This document shows positions 25,348 to 35,618 of a DNA stretch of 35,618 nt, piece by piece. A program made the translations under genes and the position numbers. The stretch is taken from NCBI GenBank assembly GCA_048213135.1, contig PS015419.1:104198-139815 (forward strand). The letters run 5' to 3'. The notes beneath the pieces are model-generated. The model searched no databases. It had not been told where the DNA came from and saw only the letters and a list, made by a program, of their open reading frames with translations. Every line of letters starts with the position of its first letter. Position 1 is the stretch's first letter. The DNA is from Reclinomonas americana ATCC 50394. Lineage: Eukaryota.

Positions 25348-28300
25348 ATGGGAGGCAAGATCTCGCAGCATGCGCTGGCCTTGCAGGAGATCAAGAAGAC
25401 AGTGACCAAGCAGCGCGGCGATTGGGTTCCGTTGAGTCTTTCTTGAATGCGTGTGTGAAGCAGCAGTACGCATCTTTTTTGCTTCTTTGTTGTTTGCATG
25501 CGTTTGTGATTATCGCACGTGCGACCTGTGGTTCTGTGCGCACATGCGTCGACTGCACATTGCACGTACAGCAGTGAGCGATAACGCACAGTGTGTGTGG
25601 TGAGGGGCGGGCGCCCTCCGAAACGTCATTGCGGCCTGACCATGCCGACTTGTGCACGCACTCGCCCTCCACTCTCTGTTCTCCTGCTGTCGCGCACGCT
25701 GCTTCTCCTCTCTGCGCGTGTGTGTGTGCTCCCCGACAGCTTGTGAATTTCGTCGATGAGTGTGTTGTTTGGCACCCGAGGTCACCCGCAACACAAACAC
25801 GCAGAAGAGAGATTCTCCGTGTGCATGTGTGGCATCTTGTGCACACACCACGTGTGTGTTTGCTCGCTCCTCTCTGTGTCCTGTAGTGCGATCCTCAGTG
25901 CGACACGAGTGACAGTTCTTGTGTGTGGGAGGAATTGCCCCGTTCATCGCATCGCTTTTCGCTCATTTGCGTGTTGTGTGGTTGCGCTCAGTCCGACGCG
26001 TCAGTTCTTCCAGCTGGAATGGCCGCACAACTATCACCTGCCTGACAAGCTCGATGGAAAGAAGATTGTGAGAGCTTTATTTTTCTCCTCACTCTGGTGG
26101 CGATGATTGTGACTGATGATGATGATGATGCGCAGTTGGACTTGTTAGAGCAGCTGTTACAGCAAGAAGTGCAGCGGGGAGACCCGGATCGCATCTCGCT
26201 GCTGCTGCGCCTCTTCCAGCGCTTACTCACCAACACGGCGGTGTACAAGGCCTTCAAGAAACGCGATTTGGATGTGTACAGGAGTTGTCTCAACGTGCAC
26301 GACGACGGGTGTGTGTTCGTCCCGCAATGCTTCCCTCCATCGCTGCGCTCCCTCATCGGTGCATGGTGCGCGCAGTGTCATTGTGCATGCTCTGCTCGTG
26401 TTCCGCGGCATCCTCATTGCCGACACTGACGGTTCGTGCATGTTCACTGGATGCAGTCGGTGGCTGAGACAACTCACTTGAATTCGCTGTCTGCGTGTGT
26501 GTCTGCGTCACAGAGCCGGAGGAGACCATGGACACGCAGGCTGACTTGCGACAAGCATTTTTTGACAATCACCAGTTTCCGTGGTCGCCGTTGTCTCTCA
26601 CTGGTGATATCGGGCTGACGATGCTTGTTCATGTGCAGTTTCGCATTCTTGCTGCACAAGTGGAAGGAGCTGGCGCCACTTCGCCGACCGGAGCACCTGG
26701 AACCGCTGAATGTGCGTGACTTGTTGAAGGGAATGTGCTGTGGCAGTCGCTCACCCGTTCACTCCTGTTTCTGCAGCTGCTGTGCGAGGTCCTGGAGCAG
26801 GTCACGTTCCACACGTCCAGTTTCACACCGTACGACGCCATTCTGCAGGTATGCGACCTTCCGCGTTCACCACAGCTTTTAGCGCCCTTTTTCATCCACA
26901 CGATTTATCGTGCAGATCGTCAACGAGTTGACGCAGCCGCAAAACTTGCGTCTGCTGCTCGGCTTGCTGCGCTTTGAGGATGCAACAGTGCGCTGCCGAG
27001 CGGCACGACTCTTCAAGGCAGTGGTGCTGTCGTCAGAGGAACCATCGTTGCCACACGTCATTGTTTGCACACATGTCTGCTCTCTCATGCTCACTCGGTT
27101 TTCCCGCATCAGGTTGAAGCGCATTCAGGAGTCGGCCTACGAAGAGGGCGATCTCGTGTCGCTTCTGTGGTTCATCTTGTCGGAGCCGCGCTCACCTGAC
27201 GATGCCACATTCGTTGCGTGCGATTGCTCGGCGATGCAGCGTGTGTGTGCGCGCGCTCACGTGCTTCTCCGTAGCGTGACTTGGGCATCGACGTTCTCGG
27301 CTTCTTGTGCGACCGCAATCGCGCCGTGTACCAATTCCTGTGTCAGCTCATTCCCGAGCCGCTGGTGGTGGTGGCCGAGAATTACACGCCGCTCCGCGTG
27401 CAAGACGAGGCGCACCGATCCAAAGCCGCACGTCTGAACAAGCAGGAAAAGTTGCGATGCAAGAGCGACGGCCTTGCAGAGATGCAGTGCTAACGCCGTC
27501 CCTCGTGTGCCTGCAGGATGGCCATGTTGACGTGGATTCGGTACAGTGGCTACACGACCGGGTCGTGGAGCGAGATGATTATCACTATTCGCGGCGATCA
27601 CTACGCACCGGATGTGATTTGGAATGAGCGCACTCGCGCCGAGTTGCTGCATGCACTGGCCGAGCAACTGCACGACATGCAAGTGCTGAAGGTGCGTCAA
27701 GTTATTCCAGCAGAGTAGTGGGCGACGTCCTGTTGACTGTGGAAGCGCGTGTGCGTAGCAACGTGGTGTGCGTTGGCCTCCGGACGAGTTCTTTGTAAAA
27801 TATCCTTCCCTCGATCCGGTTCTCAAGGTCGACCGCTACTACGTGGACGTGTTGAACGAGGCTCTCCTCGGGCCCGGTTTCCACGTTGCGTTGGCGATCG
27901 CGCGTGTGGTCCGATGTAAATGTTGTTGTACAATCGCTGACTTTTGGTGGCGCGCAGCTGCCGAATCCCGAGGGTCTTGCCGAGGAGCTGTTCTTGGCGG
28001 CGGTGGTGGAGGACGACCGCATTCGCAAGCGCAGCATCATTGCACTGTTGGCCACCATGACCTCGATCTACGCCGAGTCGTACCAGCACTTTTCGCCGTA
28101 CCGACACATCAAGTATGTGGTGTGGCTGTTGCGATACGCACATGTCGACCGGCTGTGGCTCGACCAGCTGTTGCGCATGCTCCGTGCCCTCATTGAAACG
28201 GCTCCCAATCGAAAGGTGGAGGCGACCTTGTGTGTGCACTCTTTTTCCCGGTCTGTCTTGCTGTGACTGACTCGAGCGATGCAGGCCCTGTTGCAGGAGC

Positions 28301-31300
28301 CCGGTTCCATTGAGCTGTTGCTGCACCACTTGGCCGACATTCATCTGTCGCACCGTTGCGTGCATCCTGCGTGTGTCTCTCTCTTGCAAAGAAAACTTAC
28401 TTTGTAGCCTCTGCAGCGCAAAGCACGTTGCCGCTCACGTACGAGCTGACCGGTGCACCGGCGGCTGCCGACCCATCGCAGATACAGCTGGAGGTCGCCG
28501 GCGCAGAAGGTGGTGAAGCCGACAGGGAGCGCCAGGTATGTCAATTGTACATGCGTACATATGCAGACTTCCCCTACCCTGTCTCATGCTTCTCTTGCAC
28601 CACGCAGGGCTACGCCACTCGTGCCATGCAGATTCTCGACATTTTCGAGCTGCTGTGTGGCTCCTCGTCGGTGCGCCGTGTGCTCGCCGAGGGCACCAAT
28701 TTCAACCACCTGTGCCAGTTGGTGGTGTCGCACGATGCTCTGGTGGTCTCCAAGGCCATCAGCATCATCAACGATGTGCTGTCGGTGTCGCCGCAATTGG
28801 TGCAACACTTGTACCGCACCGGCATCTTCTCGTTCCTCATGCTGCACATGGGCTCGGAGATCAACAATGTCGTGTGCTCGTTCCTGCTGCGATATCACGC
28901 GCTGCAGGAGCACGAGGAGCGCGCCACGCAGCCCATCTACCTCGACTACTTTTTGCCGGGCCCGGTGGTCGGCATTTTGGGCGATCCCGACGGTGACCGC
29001 AAACTCGCCGCTCTCATGCGTGAGGGCGAGTCGCAAGTGGTTTGTGATCCAGCGCCGAATATGTGTGGTGGGGGAAAGGCGAGGTGCACTCACTGCTGTT
29101 TTTCGTGCAGCCTGATTTGTTCTGGAACCGCGAACTGCTGGCACGCACCGTGTCGAGTGTGGAGACGGTGAGTGTGGCCGGTGATTCACAGATCGGCGAA
29201 CGCGTGTTTCTGAGAGGTGTTGTCTATACGGCAGTTCCTCGGCGATTTCCTGTTTGAGTTGCGCCGCAATCCGCGCGTGGTGTACGACTACCAGATTCCG
29301 CCGAGCATCTCATATCCGGGTACGTTTGTCAATGTGATTGTTGGACTTTGTGACATTTCTGCTCACTGACACGCGCTTCAGAGCTCGACGAGGAGCAGTG
29401 TGTCGGCAACATTTACGTGCGCCTGTACCTGCGCCACCCCGACTACGCTCTCGGCGATCCGGAAGCGTTCCTCATGGCTCTCATCGCCGGCCTGGAGAGC
29501 GAGTTGAGTTTTTGGATGATGTGCCTGCACTGTGGTGCTGCTGACTAACTTGTGGTGTGCACAGTGCTCCGACCACGGAACCGTTGATGAGCAATTTGGT
29601 GCGCGCACAAACATGTCTCTTCCAGCGCTACTGCAAGCTGGAGCGCTTCATGCAGTACAGTGGCTTCCCTGTGCTGCACACCAAGTGCATTCAGAATGGT
29701 GCGGTGGAACAAATGATGCGATTGCCTGTGAGAGTCATGTGTGCTAACCTTTTCCCGCTGTGCAGCGACGACGCCCGATCTGGTGGTCTCCAGCATTGAA
29801 CTGGTCTCCACCGTGCTGTCGCTGACTCGATCGGCTGCTGTTGCGTCGCAATCACACACACACACAACACGTGTGCTGTGTGACTGAAAAGGGAAACGCG
29901 GTGCGCAGAATGTGAATTCCTGGAAGGCGGCCGACGGACTGGAAGTGATTCTGCAGCGCCTGCGCACGAACATGGACTTTGGCGACGACTACATTCACTT
30001 CCTCTCCTTCTGTCTGCACACACTGACCAATGCGGCGTTCCTCGATCGCGGCACTCTGGATTCGCTGTGCAGCCCCGACGTCCACATCAGTGCACTGATG
30101 CCGCTCTTTGCTCGCGAGGCTACCGCGCAGTACCCCGCTGTCGTGCACCCCGTTGCGTCTTTTCCCCCATAATCCGGCTGCTAATGTGCTGAACTGACCG
30201 AGTGCGTGTAAAAAGGCGTTGCAAGCGCTGCTGACGCTGGCCCATCGTGTCGAGTTCTCCGAAAAGGTGGTGAACGACGGTATCCTGGTCCACATTCTCG
30301 ACTCGGCACTGTTCATCGAGATTGGCGAGTCGGCGGAGGTGCGCCAGGCGGTGGCCTCTGGCGTCCAAGTTCTCGGCTCGATCGCACGTGACTCGGAGAG
30401 CGCGAGCCAATGGTGAGTGGCGAGAGATGCGTGTGCGTGTGTGTCTTCCCGACGGTGATTCTCATGCCTGCTGCATTGTAGCCTTGAGCGCGCACTCACG
30501 CACGGACTGGTGGTGACTCTCGGCAATCCCGACGCCTTTATTGAGAAGGTCGGCTTGCGAGCAAGAGGGTGATACGGGCCTCATGTTGACATCACTGACA
30601 TGCGATTGATTGATTGTATAGTCGCGCATGGACGTGGAGAACCCGGTGCTGATCTGGAACGCAGAGATGCGCAGATCGCTGGCGACGACTCTGGAAAGCA
30701 AGCTGCGAGACACGCGAGTGACGGGCCGTTTCCACGCCGAGGAGTTTGTCATCACGTACCCGAATGTGGAGCGCGAGGTTTGTCGTCGCTGTCGCTGGTG
30801 TTTGAGATGTGTGATTGGTTCCTCTCCTTCTCACTCTGCTTGAATACAATAGTACGTGGTTGACCACGTGTACGTGCGCGTGTATGTCGCGCAACCGCGT
30901 TTCCCGCTGCCCGACGATTTGCACTTTGCGGAGAGCCTGCTGCGCCTGTTGCGCCAGTGGATCATTCTGCCCAATGCCATTGATCAACGAGTGAGTGTGG
31001 TCGCATGTCGGAAAGATTCCGTTTTGTTCTGATCCCTCTTTTCTCCTCGCAGGAACGCCTGATTCTCAACATCCAGGCTCTGGTGTCGCTGTTCAAGTCC
31101 AAGTTCGTGCACATCCATCTTTCTTTGTCTGCACCTCATACTGACATGCGATGAGCAGGCGTGTCGTCGAGGACGTGGATCCCGACCTGGTTGCCTCGCT
31201 GACGACTGTGTTTGACCGCGTGGTGACGGCTGCCGACCGCGAGCTCGCACTGGAGATGCTGACGCTGCTGGTGGTGCTCGTCAAGTCGTGGTTGGCGCCG

Positions 31301-34196
31301 GTGTTGGTCTGTCTGTCTGTACTTGTGTGTGAGTACAGCAGACTGTTTGGTGAGCTGAATGTGTGTGTCTTCCCATCCATGCAGGTGCCACTGAGCAAGT
31401 CGCTGCTGCGCTTGGTGTACCGCCGGCGCGAGACCATCCCGTCGGACGCCGAGCTTGTGGTGCGAGTATTGGATTTGCTGAATGCCTGTTGCGTGAACCA
31501 TTCATTCCCTTGTGCGTTGTGGTGATGCGTGAGTCTGTTGCTCACAAGCGTGTGTGTGCGCCGTGCTCGAATAGCCACCTCAAGCAGCGAGTGGTGCGGA
31601 AGCATGTTTGACCACGGCCTCGGACTGTTTGTGTTGCGCATGTCGGTGGCTCGCGACCACCCCTCACGCAACGAGGCCATCACCGTCATGGGTGCACTGG
31701 CCACGGACTCCGACTGTGGTGAGGCCTTCAAGGACCTCATGAAGCATCTGCTGATGAACAAGTTTGAAAAGTCGCTGCTCGAGTGCAAGGAGGTGTGTTT
31801 TTGGTTGTTTTCAGTGTCTTGGTGACTGTGCGATGGTGTGCTCACCTCACCGCTTGGTCATCAGAAACCACACAAGTTTGCCAGCTACTACGACTCGACC
31901 CGTGCCGAGGCTGCTGTGGTGTGGAACGATGGCACGCGACACGAATACGAGATTTTGCTCGACCGTGAGGTTTGCTGTTGACTTGCTTTCACTCCCACTC
32001 CCCGTTGCTGACACTCAGATTATTCCTCATACACCAGCTGACCACTCTGTTTGCGTTCCTGGATGCGCACGACACGGACGAGGTCAACTTTGTGTGGCAG
32101 TACAGCAACATTATGGAGCGCTACGACCGGCCCACCCTGCGCCGCGAGCTCCAAGTGTCGGGCGTGTTCATTCGGTACTGTCATGCACACACTGATGAGC
32201 AATCACAACCTCGGCCACTCATCTCTCCTCCTCTCTCTTCTCGCATGCAGTTACTTCAACGAGAACATGTTCAGCAGCATGCCCGACCCGCAGATTTTCT
32301 TCGAGCAGCTGCTGTACATTCTCGATGTGGAAGTGCGCGAGTACGAGCGACTGAGTCGCAGTTGCGTGCCATGATGACGTGGCGACGACACCTGCTTTGG
32401 TATGGAGTCTGACGTTTTCTGTTGCAGCTGGCGGCACTGTGGATGCGCTGGATATTGTCAAGTCCAACGTAACGCTGCTGCTCGAGGCGCTGCACGTGGT
32501 GCTCAAGCGCAACAAGAAGTGAGTGTCTGTGTTCGGTGATGTGTATGCATGTGGAAACTCACACGCACGATTCGTGTCCATGAACACGCGCACAGCCTGC
32601 AATCCGATCATCGCTGCATCGAGAGCATTCCACTGTTTTGCCGCATGCTGTGCGACTACATGCCACCGGTGGTGCACGAGAAGACCGTGCAAGTGTTGAC
32701 TGTGCTGGCGTCGTTCCAGGTCAGTTCTCGTTACCTCTCGCTTCCACTGTCGTTGTGCTGATCAACCTGCCTGCACAGCCGTTTGTGGCCGGCTTCTTCA
32801 GTGGCTACTACCTGCCGCAACTGCTGACGGGCCTGACTCGCCAGTCCTCGGTGGCCACCGGCATCATCACCATCATTCAGGAGATGATCTCGCAGCACGA
32901 TCAGTTTGTCGCACATATGGCGCCGTCCGGTGCCCTCCTCTACCTGCTGCACCTGGCCGTGCAGTCGCAAGACCGCGAGTTGCGCGAGGGTGCCGCCGGT
33001 CTCATTCTGCTGTGCATTGGCAAGCAGCACGCGACACAGACCGCCAGTCGGTGAGTGAGTGGGTGGGGCGCGGTGTGACTTTGCTTCGCTGTGTGATCTG
33101 ACACGGCAGTCGCACCACACAGCTTCATCTTTAGCATCCTGCCGCAGTACTTTGACACGGCCGTCGACTCGAGCCCCCAGTTCTTCATCTCGTACCTGGA
33201 CGAGAATCACATCTCGCCGGAGGAGTTGTGGGAGGACCGACAGCGGTACCTGCTGCGCGAGTTCCTGCAGACCGAGGTCAANNNNNNNNNNNNNNNNNNN
33301 NNNNNNNNNNNNNNNNNNNNNNNNNNNNNNNNNNNNNNNNNNNNNNNNNNNNNNNNNNNNNNNNNNNNNNNNNNNNNNNNNNNNNNNNNNNNNNNNNNNN
33401 NNNNNNNNNNNNNNNNNNNNNNNNNNNNNNNNNNNNNNNNNNNNNNNNNNNNNNNNNNNNNNNNNNNNNNNNNNNNNNNNNNNNNNNNNNNNNNNNNNNN
33501 NNNNNNNNNNNNNNNNNNNNNNNNNNNNNNNNNNNNNNNNNNNNNNNNNNNNNNNNNNNNNNNNNNNNNNNNNNNNNNNNNNNNNNNNNNNNNNNNNNNN
33601 NNNNNNNNNNNNNNNNNNNNNNNNNNNNNNNNNNNNNNNNNNNNNNNNNNNNNNNNNNNNNNNNNNNNNNNNNNNNNNNNNNNNNNNNNNNNNNNNNNNN
33701 NNNNNNNNNNNNNNNNNNNNNNNNNNNNNNNNNNNNNNNNNNNNNNNNNNNNNNNNNNNNNNNNNNNNNNNNNNNNNNNNNNNNNNNNNNNNNNNNNNNN
33801 NNNNNNNNNNNNNNNNNNNNNNNNNNNNNNNNNNNNNNNNNCAAGCTGCAGGTGTCGGCATTCGACCCGTGGCGCGGTGCCCCGCGAGTGCAGGAGGCCG
33901 ATCTGCTGCGCATTAGCAATGCTCTGCGCCCACCGGCGCCCGCGCCCAGCGAGGAGGAAGGTGGCGAGGAGGAGCAGGAGGAACCTACTGTGGTTGCCGA
34001 GGCACCGGCGCCGGTCGCAGCCGCACCGGCTGCACACTTGCCTCCGCCGCCGCCGCCGACCAATGACCCGCTGGTCGCCGTGGCCGCCGCCGCTGCAGCC
34101 GCCGCCGCCTCCGTCCCGCCGTCCACTCGTGCTGGTGACGCACCCACCGCCGCCGCCGCAGCCGCCGACGACGATGGTGGTGATGACCGGTTGTGA
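25348..34196 (+). CDS. Divergent RME-8/DNAJC13/GRV2-like ARM solenoid protein lacking J and GYF_2 domains; about 37 exons, interrupted by an N-gap
   Basis: IWN-type repeats DVIWNERTR, DLFWNRELL, VLIWNAEMR, AVVWNDGTR, EELWEDRQR, plus HLYRTGIFSFLMLH, YPELDEEQCVGNIYVRLY, AQTCLFQRY..QYSGFPVL and GALLYLL, which parallel RME-8. The first exon and the join across the gap are less certain. Confidence 0.82.
33282..33841. other. Assembly gap (560 N)
   Basis: Run of N. Confidence 1.
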
Positions 34197-34236
34197 GCGC
34201 GACACGGAGGGAAAGGAGAGGGAAAGAGTTGTGAAT

Positions 34237-34685
34237 NNNNNNNNNNNNNNNNNNNNNNNNNNNNNNNNNNNNNNNNNNNNNNNNNNNNNNNNNNNNNNNN
34301 NNNNNNNNNNNNNNNNNNNNNNNNNNNNNNNNNNNNNNNNNNNNNNNNNNNNNNNNNNNNNNNNNNNNNNNNNNNNNNNNNNNNNNNNNNNNNNNNNNNN
34401 NNNNNNNNNNNNNNNNNNNNNNNNNNNNNNNNNNNNNNNNNNNNNNNNNNNNNNNNNNNNNNNNNNNNNNNNNNNNNNNNNNNNNNNNNNNNNNNNNNNN
34501 NNNNNNNNNNNNNNNNNNNNNNNNNNNNNNNNNNNNNNNNNNNNNNNNNNNNNNNNNNNNNNNNNNNNNNNNNNNNNNNNNNNNNNNNNNNNNNNNNNNN
34601 NNNNNNNNNNNNNNNNNNNNNNNNNNNNNNNNNNNNNNNNNNNNNNNNNNNNNNNNNNNNNNNNNNNNNNNNNNNNNNNNNNNNN
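34237..34685. other. Assembly gap (449 N)
   Basis: Run of N. Confidence 1.
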
Positions 34686-34738
34686 GAAGAAAAGTGTCCT
34701 GTGTCCCTTCTCTTCGTATCAATCACACACGCACACTC

Positions 34739-34870
34739 ATGAGCCGCCTGTCGCTCCTCCTCGTCGTCGCCGTGTGCGCGGCACTGGTCGCACTCACACT
34801 CGCCGACATGGACCGCACGCCACTCGAGGTAGACTCGGAACTGGCCGTCAGCTCCGCCCAGGTACGCACA

Positions 34871-34915
<45 letters not shown>

Positions 34916-35331
34916 AACACACATTCTCCACATGTCTCACTGTGCGTCCACCACACACACGTACACACAGCGCGGTGTGCACGAGCTCAACCGCCGCCGC
35001 AACCTCGCGCTCCAGATCGGTCGCATCATTCGCGCCGGCTCCTTTGTTGCGCAAGAAGACAACGCCCACACACACACTCTCTCTCTCTTCCCTGTCTCAC
35101 ACACACGCGCACGCATGGCCACAGGTGCACGACGGGCACACGTCGTACGAGACACTGGTGGAGACGGTGGACACGCGCAAGAACAACGAGTACTACGCCA
35201 CCTACATTTTCAACACACTGGAGCGGCACGCCGGCGAGGGCGACGTCGACGATCGCACCGCCGTGGAGAGCATTCGTCGCGTCAGCGAGCACGAGTATCA
35301 CGATCGAGTGCTCGGACGCCGTCGCCGATAA
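34739..35331 (+). CDS. Small secreted protein, possibly cystatin fold; 3 exons
   Basis: Signal peptide MSRLSLLLVVAVCAALVALTLA. Spliced DSELAVSSAQ|RGVHELNRRRN...IGRIIRAGSF|VHDGHTSYETLVET has cystatin-like spacing; TAA 35329-35331. Confidence 0.65.
34875..34908. repeat. (CA)n microsatellite in an intron; similar CA/GT tracts at about 3249-3277, 17005-17025 and 35591-35618
   Basis: Dinucleotide runs seen directly; all fall in inferred introns. Confidence 0.95.
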
Positions 35332-35397
35332 CAAACAACACAAAGAAAAGAGAGTATAACAATGTGGAGAGAGAGGTCTATGGTGCTATGAGTGGGT

Positions 35398-35556
35398 TTA
35401 CGAGGGTCCAGGAGGTGCTGATGATGATGATCCTGATCCTGATGATGATCCGCTCTCCGGTGGTGCCAGTGTCTCCTTGGCGCGATAGACCTTGGATTGC
35501 AGGTAGAATGAGCCGCCCTTCTCGGGGTCGTTGGACTCGAACAGCCGCTGGAAGCG
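35398..35556 (-). CDS. PAM16: Last exon of mitochondrial import motor subunit PAM16/Tim16 (Magmas); 5' part outside window
   Basis: RFQRLFESNDPEKGGSFYLQSKVYRAKETL is the Pam16 signature. It follows an ACAG acceptor and ends at TAA 35398-35400. Confidence 0.93.
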   Translation of the reverse strand, partial: RFQRLFESNDPEKGGSFYLQSKVYRAKETLAPPESGSSSGSGSSSSAPPGPS

Positions 35557-35586
35557 CTGTGTCGCAATAGAGTGAGGGAGTGCACA

Positions 35587-35618
<32 letters not shown>

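Noticed and set aside
25595-25645. Hammerhead-like TGAG-stem-CTCCGAAAC
   Set aside because: The core CUGAnGA is absent (reads GTGGTGAG) and stems I and III cannot be formed convincingly.
25286-25990. U8 snoRNA next to TMEM107, as in vertebrates
   Set aside because: No recognisable U8 sequence or clear C/D box pair by eye; an Rfam scan is needed.
32731-35331. ORFs of 245-701 aa spanning X runs
   Set aside because: Artefacts of translating through N gaps.
1-35618. Alternative genetic code or stop codons created by polyadenylation
   Set aside because: TAA, TAG and TGA all terminate genes at expected positions, and in-frame stops fall inside introns.
1-35618. Introner elements, transposons, CRISPR arrays, tRNA/rRNA, U12-type introns
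   Set aside because: Introns share no sequence beyond splice signals and microsatellites. I saw no terminal repeats, transposase, spaced repeats, RNA gene structure or RTATCCTT donors.

Overview
Very compact, GC-rich, intron-dense eukaryotic nuclear DNA from a flagellated protist with a mitochondrion or related organelle. No prokaryotic-type systems, CRISPR arrays, RNA genes or mobile elements were seen. By hand-splicing I find 13 protein genes using the standard code: an unknown UBA-like/coiled-coil protein (partial), PPIL2, a TLC-domain membrane protein, VPS53, a CAF-1 large subunit with a long C-terminal extension, DNAL1, CCDC81, DXO/Rai1, RAB28, TMEM107, a remodelled RME-8/DNAJC13-like protein, a secreted cystatin-like protein and the last exon of PAM16. 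They contain about 135-140 introns, mostly 55-115 nt, and are separated by spacers of 47-293 nt. The strongest signal is a second class of 5' splice site. About a quarter of donors (about 35 by manual count) read H|GTTRMG(T), mostly GTTGCGT, which is the normal donor motif shifted by one base, and they almost never have G at -1. Also notable are the RME-8 paralogue lacking J and GYF_2 domains with five IWN-type repeats and a myristoylation-type N-terminus, four GC-AG introns and a ciliary gene cluster. All exon boundaries are inferred from reading frame and remembered protein motifs, with no transcript data or database searches.
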